Shown here piece after piece: positions 10,891 to 21,341 of a stretch of 64,000 nt of DNA. The position numbers and the translations under genes were made by a program. This DNA comes from Spirochaetia bacterium (GTDB taxonomy: Bacteria; Spirochaetota; Spirochaetia; CADAEX01). A model generated the notes under the pieces. It worked only from the letters and a program-made list of their open reading frames with translations, was not told the DNA's origin and did no database searches. Positions within the stretch are counted from its first letter, which is position 1; each line of letters begins with the position of its first letter. The stretch is taken from the NCBI GenBank assembly GCA_963662795.1, contig OY759746.1, positions 1,792,001 to 1,856,000 on the forward strand, read 5' to 3'.

Positions 10891-12273
10891 ATGATAATGT
10901 CATTATACATTAAAAAATCAGGAGCAATAGCGTTGTATAAAATGATCAGCATTAAAAATATATTTTTAATGGGTTTAATATTTCCGCTTATGATGTTTCA
11001 GGCAGGAAGGCTGAACGCGCAGGCGCAGATCAGGGTAATAAGTGTGGAAAAAGCGGTAGAGATGGCACTTGATGAGAATCTCTCTCTTAAAGCAGAGAAA
11101 TACTCCCTTTCTGAAAAAAAGCGAAGCAGGGATACAAGATGGAATGCTCTTGCCCCGGATTTCAGCCTTTCTTCAGCTTTGGCCAAAAAAAATGAAAAAC
11201 CGGTATTAGGGGATTATCACTGGGATTTATCCTGGCAGTTTTCAGCCCAGCTTGCCCTCTCAGCATCTCTTGCAGACGGAATCAGGTATCTGTCCCGGAA
11301 TTATGAGGCAGGTTTGATCAGCTATGAGGATGCTAAAAACCAGCTGAAAAGGGATGTGAAAAAATCATTTTACTCGCTTCTTGTCCTTGAAGAGAGCCTT
11401 AAGCTTCTTGAGAATAATATAAAAACTGCAGAAAAAAGTTACCGTCAGGCAGATATAAATTATAATAACGGACTTGTTTCCGAACTTGATAAGCTTCAGG
11501 CACAGGTAACGCTTGAGAGCCTCCGCCCCGATTATGTTGAGGCTTTAAATAACTATAACATGAGTATCCTTAATTTCAAGGAGATGATAGGGCTTGAAAA
11601 TGAAGATGAAATAAAACTTGAGGGAGTTATTGAACCGGGGCATTATGTTATAGATACAAATGAGCTTATTTTTACTTCCCTCACAGAGAGGTTTGATATT
11701 CAGGAGCTGGTTTATCAGATCAAACTTCTTGAAACTGATCTCTCTTCATCAAGGAACAGCCGTTTTCCGGCGCTGGTTCTGGGATATACGAAAAATATGC
11801 TTTTCGCCGACGATCCGCTGAAAGACAGAATAATCGGTTCGCCGGAAGAAAGCTGGACAGATGCAGGAGCTTTTTCAATATCGCTGTCGCTTGATATTGA
11901 CAGCCTAATTCCGGGGCTTTCAAAAGATACGGAAATAAAAAATAAAAAGGACAGAATCCGCCAGGCGGAATCAAGGCTTTCACAGGCGCTAAGAAAAGCT
12001 GATATAGATATAAGGACAATTGTAATGAATATCGGAAAGTCTGTAAAAAAAATAGAATCACTTGAATATAATGAAAAGCTTGCCAAACGGAGTTACGAAC
12101 TTTCTTCAGAAGGGTATAACGCCGGAACAGTCGAGCTCCTTAAACTTGAAAACTCAATGAACCAGCTTCAGGCCGCGAGGCTGAAGCTGGCTGAAGAACG
12201 CTATAATTACCAGGCCGCTCTTCTTGATCTTGAATATGCTGTTAATAAATCGCTGGAGGATTTGAATGGATAA
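10891..12273 (+). CDS. TolC-family outer membrane efflux protein
   Basis: Signal peptide, two OEP-like repeats (YNNGLVSELD, YNAGTVELL); first gene of RND operon. Start may be 10933 or 10942. Confidence 0.85.
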   Translation: MIMSLYIKKSGAIALYKMISIKNIFLMGLIFPLMMFQAGRLNAQAQIRVISVEKAVEMALDENLSLKAEKYSLSEKKRSRDTRWNALAPDFSLSSALAKKNEKPVLGDYHWDLSWQFSAQLALSASLADGIRYLSRNYEAGLISYEDAKNQLKRDVKKSFYSLLVLEESLKLLENNIKTAEKSYRQADINYNNGLVSELDKLQAQVTLESLRPDYVEALNNYNMSILNFKEMIGLENEDEIKLEGVIEPGHYVIDTNELIFTSLTERFDIQELVYQIKLLETDLSSSRNSRFPALVLGYTKNMLFADDPLKDRIIGSPEESWTDAGAFSISLSLDIDSLIPGLSKDTEIKNKKDRIRQAESRLSQALRKADIDIRTIVMNIGKSVKKIESLEYNEKLAKRSYELSSEGYNAGTVELLKLENSMNQLQAARLKLAEERYNYQAALLDLEYAVNKSLEDLNG

Positions 12274-13192
12274 AAAAACAAAAATAAAAATTGCTGTAAC
12301 TGCATCTGTTATAATTCTTGTACTTGCGGCATTAGCAGTTTTTAACAGAATAGGTCAGGATAAAAAAACGGCAGGGAATAAACCGGGCTCACCTGAGGCG
12401 GCAGTATTTACTGTAGAGACATCTATTGCAGGCAGAGGCGACATAACAGACTACATAAGAATAAACGGCGATGTTAAGGCTGTGCGCAGCATTGATATAT
12501 ATCCGGATACAGCCGGAAAACTCAAGGTACTTAATGTTTCAATCGGAAGTTATGTTAAAAACAATCAGGTTATAGCTGAGATCGACCCTTCAAAACCGGG
12601 TCTTTCATATGCCTTCAGCCCTGTCAGATCAACCATAAACGGTACAGTAACGGCAATTTCCTATGAAGCCGGGGCAACCGTATCTGTTTCAACGCCTGTT
12701 GCGACAATAGGAGACCTTTCCATGCTGCAGATTGAAGCAGAAATTGCGGAACCGGATATTGCCAAAATAAAAATGGGCACAAAAGGTGAAGTGCTGTTTG
12801 CGGCATGGCCGGAAAAAAAATATGAGGCCCATATAGTCGAAATAAGCCCTGTTGTAAACAGCATAACAAGAACCATGGGAATAAAGCTTGAGTTTGATAA
12901 AAATTATCCTGAAATCAAGGCAGGGATGTTTGCATCTGTAAAACTGCTTACCGAAACGAGGAAAAATGTCATTTTTATCCCTTCTGAAACAATTGTAACG
13001 AGAGGGGGATATAAAAATGTGTTTTCAGCATCGGGAGGAAAGGCTGTAATGAACAGGGTTGAAACTGGAATTACTGTTGACGGCTTTACAGAGATATTGT
13101 CAGGAATTTCAGAAGGGGAGGAAATTATTACAAGAGGGCAGAACCTCCTTGATGACGGTGTCGACATAAACATCCTGGGCAGGAGCAGCTGA
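12266..13192 (+). CDS. RND efflux periplasmic adaptor (MFP)
   Basis: N-terminal TM, lipoyl-like halves, GMFA, VETGI...EILSGISEGEEIITRGQ. Confidence 0.9.
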   Translation: MDKKTKIKIAVTASVIILVLAALAVFNRIGQDKKTAGNKPGSPEAAVFTVETSIAGRGDITDYIRINGDVKAVRSIDIYPDTAGKLKVLNVSIGSYVKNNQVIAEIDPSKPGLSYAFSPVRSTINGTVTAISYEAGATVSVSTPVATIGDLSMLQIEAEIAEPDIAKIKMGTKGEVLFAAWPEKKYEAHIVEISPVVNSITRTMGIKLEFDKNYPEIKAGMFASVKLLTETRKNVIFIPSETIVTRGGYKNVFSASGGKAVMNRVETGITVDGFTEILSGISEGEEIITRGQNLLDDGVDINILGRSS

Positions 13193-13194
13193 TT

Positions 13195-16100
13195 ATGACA
13201 CTCTCCAAACTTGCCGTCTCAAGACCAGTTACAATAATTGTTATTTTTTCACTTGTAGTAGGACTCGGCCTTTTTCTTCTTCCGGGAATTCCGATAGATC
13301 TTTACCCCAATTTCAATCCGCCGGTTCTTGTTGTAATTACCACCTATTCAGGCGCCGGTCCTGAAGATATAGAAAAAAATGTCACAAGAATCCTTGAGGG
13401 CAACCTTTCCAATGTGGCGGATCTAAAAGAGATTACCTCTACTTCCTCGGAAGGGAGCAGCCTGATCCTGCTTGAGTTTGACTGGAGCAAGGATATGACA
13501 GAGGCGGCCAACGATATAAGGGACAGGCTTGAATTCGCCAAATCATTCATGCCGGATGACGCGGAAACCCCGGTCCTCTACAAATTTGACCCTTCAATGA
13601 TACCTATCCTTTTTCTTACGGTTGAGGGATCAAGAAGCCCTGAAGAGCTAAAGAGTATCGCTGAAGATATTATCCAGCCGAGGATTGAACAGGTACAGGG
13701 CGTCGCCCTTACAAGGGTTAACGGCGGCCGCGATAAAATAATAAGGGCAGCAGTTTCAAAAAACAGGCTGGAAGCCTATTCCCTTACAATTTCAGAGATT
13801 GCAAAGGCGATTTCTTCCCAGAACATTGATGTAGGGGGAGGCAGTGTTTCTTCGGGTTCCTATAATTTCATTGTAAGGAGCAAAGGGGAATTTAAAAAAA
13901 TTGAAGAAATTGAAAACACTGTTGTTGCATACAGGTCCGCATCTTCCGGAGCTTCTCCATCCGCGATAAAACTGAAAGATATTGCTGATGTATCGTACAG
14001 CCTTGAGGATGAAACCCAGGCTGTATTTATAAACGGTAAACCTGGTATTTATGTAATAGTGCAGAAACAGAGCGGGGCGAATTCTGTTAAAACAGCTGAA
14101 AACGTACTTGAAAAAATGAAGGAACTCAACAGGGAACTTCCGAAAGGAGTTAAGCTGAGCATCCTCAGGGACACTACTACAATTATCAAGGATTCAATCA
14201 GCCAGGTAAGCCGTTCCGCTCTCACGGGAGCTCTTTTCGCAATGGCAGTTCTCCTCTTTTTTCTCCGTACTGTTAAAAGTACGCTTGTCATAGGGGTATC
14301 AATCCCGATTTCGTTATTGATTACATTGATGGGTATGTATTTTTCCGGGATAACAATAAATATTCTTTCTCTTGCCGGGCTCACGCTGGGTGTCGGAATG
14401 ATTGTGGATTCATCCATTGTAATCCTTGAAAATATTTATAGATACCGCGAGAAGGGGGCACAGCTTAAAGTTTCGGCAATACTCGGAAGCGAAGAAATGA
14501 AAGGCGCGATCACAGCCTCTACCCTGACAACAATATGTGTTTTTATTCCGGTAGTCATGTTCAGGTCAGATCTTGGTTTTCTTGGAATAATGTTCAGCGA
14601 TCTTTCATTTACTGTCGTTGTTGCCCTTGTAGCCTCGCTTATAGTCGCTCTTGTCCTGGTCCCTGTTCTTTCCAGCAGATATTTAAAGATTTACACCAAA
14701 AAACAGAAACCGGTAAAAAATCCTCTTCTTGCATCAATAGACAGGGCATCGGAAAATTTCTTCCTGAGCCTTGAAAAAATATACAGGAAAGTCCTCAATA
14801 TTGTCCTTAAAAGGCGTAAAACCACAATCGGCGTTGTAACAGGAATATTCATTCTTTCCATTGCGATGCTGCCTCTTGCCGGGCTTGAATTATCGCCAAT
14901 GGCAAGTGATGACGAGGTTACACTTTCTGTGGAACTTCCGGTCGGCAGTAATCTTGAGACAACAAAAGAGATAATTAACCGTCTCGAAAAAATTGCAGTA
15001 TCGGAAATCAGCGGGTATGAAGAGATCATAAAAACATCAGGGTCAGCCTCGGGATTTTTTTCCGCCGCAGATTCATACAAAGGGGAATTATATATCAGTC
15101 TTCCCCCTTTCAAAAACAGGAAAGACAGTTCCGATGATGTAAAAAGAAAACTGCGCGCCCATTTTTCAGAATTCCCCGGTGTTGTTTTCAGGTTTACAGC
15201 CGGCAGGCAGGGCCCGAGTAACCCTGATCCTATTGACATTCTCATTAAATCAGATGACCTCGAACTTGCCACCGCTACGGCGGAAGCCATAAAGGCCCTG
15301 ATTGAAAAAAACGTTCCTGAAGCAAAAGAACCTGATACAGACATAAAGGACAGCCTTCCGGAGGTGGAGATCAGATTTGACAGGGAAAAAATGTATGAAC
15401 TTGGGCTGTCGGCTGCTGCAGTTGGAAACGAAGTTAAAGCGGCTGTTAACGGAATAAGGCCGACAAAATACAGGGCCGGAGATGAAGAGCTTGATGTGCT
15501 TGTAATACTCAGGGAATCCGACCGCAGGGAGCTTCCTGACCTTAAAACAATCTATGTTACAAGTACAAGAGGCGAATATATTTCGGTTTCAAGTTTTGCC
15601 ACCCTTGAGACAGGGACAGGCCCTGTGGATATAAAGAGGGTTGACCAGACCCGTGTTATTCATGTCAAGGCAGGTGTAGAAAAAGGGGCAAAGCTTAATG
15701 TTGTTGAAAAGAAAATTGAAGAGCTTATCCGCACCAACATAATCCCGGATGATGCAGTTGCCATAGAGTATTCAGGTGATTACGGAGACCTGATGGATTA
15801 CGGGAAAAAATTCCTTGCAATCATGATTCTTGCCCTTTTCCTTGTTTACGGTGTAATGGCAAGCCAGTTCGAGTCGTTCAAAGACCCGTTCATAATGTTT
15901 CTTACAGTACCTCTTATGCTGATAGGGGTTGTTCTTATTCACCTGATTGTCGCAAAACCGTTCAGTCTTTTTACCGCTGTCGGGGTCGTAATGCTGGCAG
16001 GTATTGTAGTCAATAACGGTATTGTTCTTGTCGACTACACAAACCTTCTTGTAAACAGGGGGTACACCCTGTTTACAGCGTGCGTTGAAGCCGGCGTGAG

Positions 16101-16308
16101 CAGGTTAAGGCCGATCCTGATGACAACGCTTACAACAATACTCGGGATGGTCCCGCTTGCTTTTTTCCCGGGCGAAGGATCCGAGCTGGTGCAGCCCATA
16201 GGACAGACAGTAATCGGGGGGCTGGCTACAAGCACAATTATTACCCTGGTGTTCATTCCTGTGATGTATTTTGTTTTCAATAAAAAACGGATGGAGGGAC
16301 GGCTGTGA
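13195..16308 (+). CDS. RND efflux permease (AcrB/AcrD/AcrF family)
   Basis: 1037 aa; GMIVDSSIVILENI, GIVVNNGIVLVD, RLRPILMTTLTTILG. Confidence 0.95.
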   Translation: MTLSKLAVSRPVTIIVIFSLVVGLGLFLLPGIPIDLYPNFNPPVLVVITTYSGAGPEDIEKNVTRILEGNLSNVADLKEITSTSSEGSSLILLEFDWSKDMTEAANDIRDRLEFAKSFMPDDAETPVLYKFDPSMIPILFLTVEGSRSPEELKSIAEDIIQPRIEQVQGVALTRVNGGRDKIIRAAVSKNRLEAYSLTISEIAKAISSQNIDVGGGSVSSGSYNFIVRSKGEFKKIEEIENTVVAYRSASSGASPSAIKLKDIADVSYSLEDETQAVFINGKPGIYVIVQKQSGANSVKTAENVLEKMKELNRELPKGVKLSILRDTTTIIKDSISQVSRSALTGALFAMAVLLFFLRTVKSTLVIGVSIPISLLITLMGMYFSGITINILSLAGLTLGVGMIVDSSIVILENIYRYREKGAQLKVSAILGSEEMKGAITASTLTTICVFIPVVMFRSDLGFLGIMFSDLSFTVVVALVASLIVALVLVPVLSSRYLKIYTKKQKPVKNPLLASIDRASENFFLSLEKIYRKVLNIVLKRRKTTIGVVTGIFILSIAMLPLAGLELSPMASDDEVTLSVELPVGSNLETTKEIINRLEKIAVSEISGYEEIIKTSGSASGFFSAADSYKGELYISLPPFKNRKDSSDDVKRKLRAHFSEFPGVVFRFTAGRQGPSNPDPIDILIKSDDLELATATAEAIKALIEKNVPEAKEPDTDIKDSLPEVEIRFDREKMYELGLSAAAVGNEVKAAVNGIRPTKYRAGDEELDVLVILRESDRRELPDLKTIYVTSTRGEYISVSSFATLETGTGPVDIKRVDQTRVIHVKAGVEKGAKLNVVEKKIEELIRTNIIPDDAVAIEYSGDYGDLMDYGKKFLAIMILALFLVYGVMASQFESFKDPFIMFLTVPLMLIGVVLIHLIVAKPFSLFTAVGVVMLAGIVVNNGIVLVDYTNLLVNRGYTLFTACVEAGVSRLRPILMTTLTTILGMVPLAFFPGEGSELVQPIGQTVIGGLATSTIITLVFIPVMYFVFNKKRMEGRL

Positions 16309-16589
16309 AAAGAATTGAGATAATCGCAAACCATTCGGTTGAGGATTACATAATGGAAATACTTGAAAAGTCGGGTATTACAGCCTACACGAAGATTCCT
16401 GTTGTACATGGAAAGGGAAATACGAATCCCAAAATGGGTACAAGCGTATGGCCGGAAGATAATTTTATGCTCATAATATATACTGATGAGGGGGAAGCCG
16501 GAAAACTTAAAAGCCTCATCATGGACTTAAAGCAGAAATTTACCGATGAGGGGATTAAGTATTTTGAAGTCGGGTGCCTGCCCGGATAA
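16305..16589 (+). CDS. PII-like RND-associated small protein (PG0541 type)
   Basis: YTKIPVVHGKG...PKMGTSVWP motif; overlaps the RND stop codon. Confidence 0.75.
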   Translation: MKRIEIIANHSVEDYIMEILEKSGITAYTKIPVVHGKGNTNPKMGTSVWPEDNFMLIIYTDEGEAGKLKSLIMDLKQKFTDEGIKYFEVGCLPG

Positions 16590-16613
16590 TAAGGTGTCAT
16601 AAAGGTGTTATAG

Positions 16614-17315
16614 ATGAAAGCTTCAGTTTTGATTATTGAAGATGAGCATGATATTGCTGAACTCATAAAACTTTATCTTGAGAATGAGGGATTCTGCGTG
16701 CTTCATTCCGACACGGCGGAGAGGGGCCTTGAAATAGCCAGAAACGGTAAAATTGATATTGTCGTGCTTGATATAAATCTTCCCGGAATGGACGGTTTTG
16801 AATTCCTTCAGGCACTGAGAAAAGAGTATTCCATTCCTGTCGTTATTGTTTCCGCCAGGGAGGATGACGCAGATATGATACTTGGACTCGGGATAGGCGC
16901 TGATGACTATGTTACAAAGCCGTTTTCCCCCAAAGTCCTGGCTGCCCGGGTACGGGCCAATTTAAGGCGTTATATGCTCTCTGATGAGGGAGAAAAATCA
17001 GGCAGAAACATTATAAGACTCTCAGAATACACTGTCGAAAGGGATGCCTACCTTTTGAAAAAGGGAAATACCCGTATTCCCATTTCTCCCCGGGAGTTCG
17101 AAGTGCTTGTTTATCTTCTTGAAAATCCCGGAGAGCCCAGGACACCGGAAGAAATATACAGCGCGGTATGGGGTAATAATTTCGGCGACCTTACTACTGT
17201 TGCCGTGCATATACAGCGGCTTAGAAAAAAACTTGAAAAAGACCCTTCCAGGCCGCAGCTGATAGAGACGGTCCACAGTCTTGGATATAAGATCAGAAAG
17301 GAATTAATCTCTTGA
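16614..17315 (+). CDS. OmpR-family response regulator
   Basis: LIIEDE, LDINLPGMDG, GADDYVTKPF, winged-helix C-terminus. Confidence 0.95.
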   Translation: MKASVLIIEDEHDIAELIKLYLENEGFCVLHSDTAERGLEIARNGKIDIVVLDINLPGMDGFEFLQALRKEYSIPVVIVSAREDDADMILGLGIGADDYVTKPFSPKVLAARVRANLRRYMLSDEGEKSGRNIIRLSEYTVERDAYLLKKGNTRIPISPREFEVLVYLLENPGEPRTPEEIYSAVWGNNFGDLTTVAVHIQRLRKKLEKDPSRPQLIETVHSLGYKIRKELIS

Positions 17316-18661
17316 CATTACGGACAAAGACTTTCGCAGCAATAACAGGTTTTGCGATTATCCCGCTGGTTTTTTCATTCTCGGTATATCTGATCAACCA
17401 TCATATAAATCTGGACAATTCCGCGATTGAACAGAGATTTATAATTTCCAAATGGATTGAAATGGAATTCTATCCCTCGGTTTACAGGATGAGGACGGAA
17501 GACCTGAAAATTCCGGAAGGGATAGAGCTTTGCCTTATCAACGAGAGAGGATTTGTAACATATTCGAATATCTCCCTGATACCCCCGGGATCTTATTTCA
17601 GTATAATTTTTCCGAAATTCTATGAAAGTATTAAAGGGAGAGACAGTAAATCCATAAATGAAAGTTTTATTATTGACGGGAAAAAATGGCATTTTTTTCT
17701 TATATACAGCCTGATTCCCCCCGTGCTGGAAAAGGAGAAGTTTTATGTCCTGATAAAAACACTTCAATTCACATTCTTTATTATTGCTGCCGGTACCATC
17801 CTGGGATCTTTATTTATCGGTTCAATATTAAAATCCGTAAACAGACTTGAGTCGGCAGTAAAAAAAATTGCTGACGGGAACCTTGATTTTCAGCTCGAAG
17901 TAAAAGGCAACGATGAATTCGCCGCGCTATCGGCCTCTTTTGAAAAGATGAGGGAGACACTCAGGGATGACCATGCAAGAAAGTCCAGATTCCTGATGGC
18001 GGTATCCCATGATCTTAAGACACCCCTTACAAGTATAAAGGGATATCTTGAGGCAATAAGCGACGGAATGGCTTCCGATGCTGAAACCCAGAAAAAATAT
18101 CTTGGAATAATTTCCGAAAAGGCCAGTGCGCTTGAAAAAAGGATCTCCGATCTTATCGATTTTGCCGGTATGGAAACGGGCGAGTGGCAGCTGAAAAGAA
18201 AAACGATTCCCCTTAAAGCATTTCTTGATTCCCTGAGTATAATTTACAGGGAAGACTGCGAGATACTGGGCAGGAAATTTATATATGAAAATACAATCCC
18301 TGAAGAATATGAAATATCGTGCGATCCTGTACTTTTTGAAAGGGCCCTTGAAAACCATTTTACAAATGCGCTGCGCTATACGTTTGACGGAGCGGTAATA
18401 AGCCTGCGCTGTTCAATGGAAAAGGATAAGCCTGTGATAGAAATAGCGGATAACGGTAAAGGCATTGATGAAAAAGATATGAAATATATTTTTGAACCCT
18501 TTTACCGGGGGAGCAGCTCAAGAAGGGAACCTGGAATGGGGCTCGGACTTTCCACATCCAAATCCATATTTCAGAGTCACGGATGGGAGGTCAGCGTCGC
18601 CGCCTCAACAGGGGAAGGGGCAACCGGAACTGTTTTCAGAATATCACTCAAAGACATGTAA
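17312..18661 (+). CDS. HAMP-domain sensor histidine kinase
   Basis: Two TMs, HAMP, SHDLKTPLT H-box, DNGKG, GLGL boxes. Confidence 0.93.
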   Translation: MTLRTKTFAAITGFAIIPLVFSFSVYLINHHINLDNSAIEQRFIISKWIEMEFYPSVYRMRTEDLKIPEGIELCLINERGFVTYSNISLIPPGSYFSIIFPKFYESIKGRDSKSINESFIIDGKKWHFFLIYSLIPPVLEKEKFYVLIKTLQFTFFIIAAGTILGSLFIGSILKSVNRLESAVKKIADGNLDFQLEVKGNDEFAALSASFEKMRETLRDDHARKSRFLMAVSHDLKTPLTSIKGYLEAISDGMASDAETQKKYLGIISEKASALEKRISDLIDFAGMETGEWQLKRKTIPLKAFLDSLSIIYREDCEILGRKFIYENTIPEEYEISCDPVLFERALENHFTNALRYTFDGAVISLRCSMEKDKPVIEIADNGKGIDEKDMKYIFEPFYRGSSSRREPGMGLGLSTSKSIFQSHGWEVSVAASTGEGATGTVFRISLKDM

Positions 18662-18716
18662 AAAAACCGTACCACTTGTAATGATACGGTTTTATCCTGC
18701 GCTTTTTATTATCCTG

Positions 18717-20699
18717 TCACAGCTTTATGGGAAGGGATTTGAGTTTCAGGTCAAGCTCTTTTTTCTGAGCATTAATCTCCTTCTCAAGTGAGCCGATCTT
18801 TTTGGTAAGCTCTTCTATCTGCCTGTCCGCCTCTTCCTGAATCCCGGCTTTTTCCTTTAATACCGCCGCAAGTTCTTCTGCAGCATAGGATTTTACATCT
18901 GCTGCGATTTTTTCCGGCGATACAGCCTTTGCAATCAGATTGTCAAGAGAACTTTTTATCTTAAGCGAAAAGTCGCCTCCGCCTGAAGAATATACCGCCT
19001 CAAAATCCATCCTGTTTTCCTTTTCAATAATACCTGAAATTATTTTACCTGTCTGCGAGGTTGTATTCATCCTGAAATTATCTAGTGAAATACCTGCCGT
19101 CCCGTTAAAATTCTTATCCGCGGAAACAGCTGCCGCTGCTGATATATCCATATCCGCGCTCAGTTTGTCTATCCCCGCGGGAGAGAGAAAGGAGAGGTTT
19201 GATAATTTACCGCCTGTTACGGCAATTTTAATACCTGAAAAATCTTCCGTCGATTTTCTTCCGTCAAAAAAACCTTCAGCTTCGGTCCTGATATTATCAA
19301 TGCCTGACTTGATCATAAAAACAAGAGGTTTTCCCGCAAGCTCCTGATTGTTTGTGATATCCTTTATCTCAAGAGAATGCCTGTTGCCGCCGGTAAAAAA
19401 CGAACCGGAAACCTTCCTGATATGCAGTGAAGGGGAGCCGTAAACCGTATATCTTATGTCCCGGCCCCTCTTTGCTTCAGATGCAGGAGGAGCATCTTCA
19501 GCTTTCTTTTTATCTCCCGACTCTTTGATCTTTAAAAATATTTCATACGCATTACCGTATTTTTTCATGAACGGGTCAAGCTTTTCCTCTACAAGCGGCC
19601 GGGCAAATGAGGAGACAGAGAAAGACCCTTTTCCAGGGAACAGGGAGATGATATATTCAATATCATTTGAAACAGCTTTTTCTATGTTCTTTTTCCCGTC
19701 CGCAGCTGTTTTTTTGAGTTTGTCGGCTTCTTTGCGGGATGAGGCAACATTGCCTGAAATTGATGATACTCTTGAAGAAGCTGATTTAATCCTGTCTGCA
19801 ATTTTTTTGGCACCGGCTAAATCAAGCTTTGAGGAAAGTCTGGCAGATGTAATTTCATTTACATCTTTTTCCAGCTGTTTGATATCGCTTTCAGTTTTAT
19901 CAATCCCGGCCCTGATATTTTCAGCACCGCTTTTAAGGTCATCAGCAGTTTTTTCCGCAGTCAGGGGAGCTGAAAGCTTATCTGTATTTTCCCTGATTAC
20001 TTTTTTTACAGTATCCCTGTCCGGAATCAGGTTGTCCGGCAGCTTTCCAGCCGCTAAAACTGTTTCCTTTAATTTATCGGAAGAGGCAGGCCCGGAATCA
20101 GCTTTTTCCTTTTTTGCAGCTCCTGCGAGGGCTTTTGCCCTTACCGCCCTTTTCTCTCCTATGGCAAAATCCTCAAGTTTTATTTCTTCTGCAGCGAATT
20201 TGCCTTTAAGCACTTCAGACATGTCAAGGTCTATTACCGCTTCCCCTGTCTGAAACAGATTTCTGTCAGGGTCATCCCTGTCCGCAACCTGCATGGATTT
20301 ATATCTGATCAATCCTGTGAAAAGGCTTAAGCGGAGGCCCGTTACTTCAGACTCTGCCTTGAATATTTTTTCAAGCCCCTTTTCCATCCCTTTTTCCGCA
20401 AGAGGATTCTGGAAAAATACTGTAAAAACAGTAAAGGAAATTACCAGCGCGGCAAGAGACCCGATTTTACCGATCCCAAGTGCTCCGGAATTCTTTTTGA
20501 TTCCTGAGATCAGTTTGTTAAGCTTTTTTACGGTATCTGCGTTATCAGGTTCTGTAAGAACATACAAGTCCCCTTTTTTTTCGTAGACAGAAAGGATCAG
20601 TTCCCTTTCATCCTTAAGAAAGATCTTCCCGAGAATCTTTTTTTCAAATTTCTTTACTGCATAACTTTTCTTAAAAAATTTTTTAAGTCCGGCCGCCAT
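18717..20699 (-). CDS. TIGR03545-family protein
   Basis: TM followed by AsmA-like N-terminus and coiled coil, RGRDIRY motif; paired with the TIGR03546-like gene. Confidence 0.65.
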   Translation of the reverse strand: MAAGLKKFFKKSYAVKKFEKKILGKIFLKDERELILSVYEKKGDLYVLTEPDNADTVKKLNKLISGIKKNSGALGIGKIGSLAALVISFTVFTVFFQNPLAEKGMEKGLEKIFKAESEVTGLRLSLFTGLIRYKSMQVADRDDPDRNLFQTGEAVIDLDMSEVLKGKFAAEEIKLEDFAIGEKRAVRAKALAGAAKKEKADSGPASSDKLKETVLAAGKLPDNLIPDRDTVKKVIRENTDKLSAPLTAEKTADDLKSGAENIRAGIDKTESDIKQLEKDVNEITSARLSSKLDLAGAKKIADRIKSASSRVSSISGNVASSRKEADKLKKTAADGKKNIEKAVSNDIEYIISLFPGKGSFSVSSFARPLVEEKLDPFMKKYGNAYEIFLKIKESGDKKKAEDAPPASEAKRGRDIRYTVYGSPSLHIRKVSGSFFTGGNRHSLEIKDITNNQELAGKPLVFMIKSGIDNIRTEAEGFFDGRKSTEDFSGIKIAVTGGKLSNLSFLSPAGIDKLSADMDISAAAAVSADKNFNGTAGISLDNFRMNTTSQTGKIISGIIEKENRMDFEAVYSSGGGDFSLKIKSSLDNLIAKAVSPEKIAADVKSYAAEELAAVLKEKAGIQEEADRQIEELTKKIGSLEKEINAQKKELDLKLKSLPIKL

Positions 20700-20703
20700 A
20701 TCA

Positions 20704-21243
20704 TTACCCCCTGAAGTTCCGCAGTTTGTTTGCTTTTGTAACGAGCATTACAGTTTTTGATACTATTGGCAGTGCCGCGATTTTTCTGACAATATTGCTT
20801 GATAAAAATCTGTCTCTAAGTTTTGTCCTGTAAAGCGCAATCAGCTTCCTGCACCCTATCCAGAGAGGGACAAAAAGAACTGCCATTACAATGATGCTTC
20901 CGGTAACTGCTGTATTGTTGAAATCCGTATAGGGAATGAGCGGAGTGTTGTACAGTTTTGTAAAAAGATTCTCAAGAGTGCCGGCCGTAAGTATTTTGTA
21001 CCCGACAGCATCGAAGAGAGGATCGGCAAAAGATGCCAGCGGCTTTATAAGCGCAATCACAATCATTTCCACCCCGAAATTTATTTTCAGGAAGAATGTA
21101 AGGCCGAGCAGGACAAACCATGTAAGATTTCCTGCCGGAATCATTGCAAGCGTTATGCCGAGCGCCATGGCTGCTGCAATTTCTCCGGGCCTGTTATTGG
21201 CATTCAATGCCGCAAAACTGTTAATAATCCATTTTAAAAACAT
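20704..21243 (-). CDS. TIGR03546/DUF2062-family membrane protein
   Basis: LNANNRPGEIAAA...FNNTAVTGS...YR motif; AAGGAGG RBS before ATG 21243. Confidence 0.8.
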   Translation of the reverse strand: MFLKWIINSFAALNANNRPGEIAAAMALGITLAMIPAGNLTWFVLLGLTFFLKINFGVEMIVIALIKPLASFADPLFDAVGYKILTAGTLENLFTKLYNTPLIPYTDFNNTAVTGSIIVMAVLFVPLWIGCRKLIALYRTKLRDRFLSSNIVRKIAALPIVSKTVMLVTKANKLRNFRG

Positions 21244-21257
21244 AAAACCCTCCTTCA

Positions 21258-21341
21258 TGGAACACTATCTTCAGGATATTATCTACAGGATATTATCCAC
21301 AGGATAGTATCCACAGGATAGTATCTGCGGGAAATTATCTT
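21258..21341. repeat. Tandem 14-bp repeat, about 5-6 copies (CAGGATAKTATCYR)
   Basis: caggatattatcta/caggatattatcca/caggatagtatcca/caggatagtatctg/cgggaaattatctt at 21272-21341, plus a degenerate copy at 21258. Confidence 0.85.

Noticed and set aside
21286-21313. Replication origin from DnaA-box-like sequences
   Set aside because: Only one perfect box, inside a tandem repeat; no dnaA/dnaN context or unwinding element.
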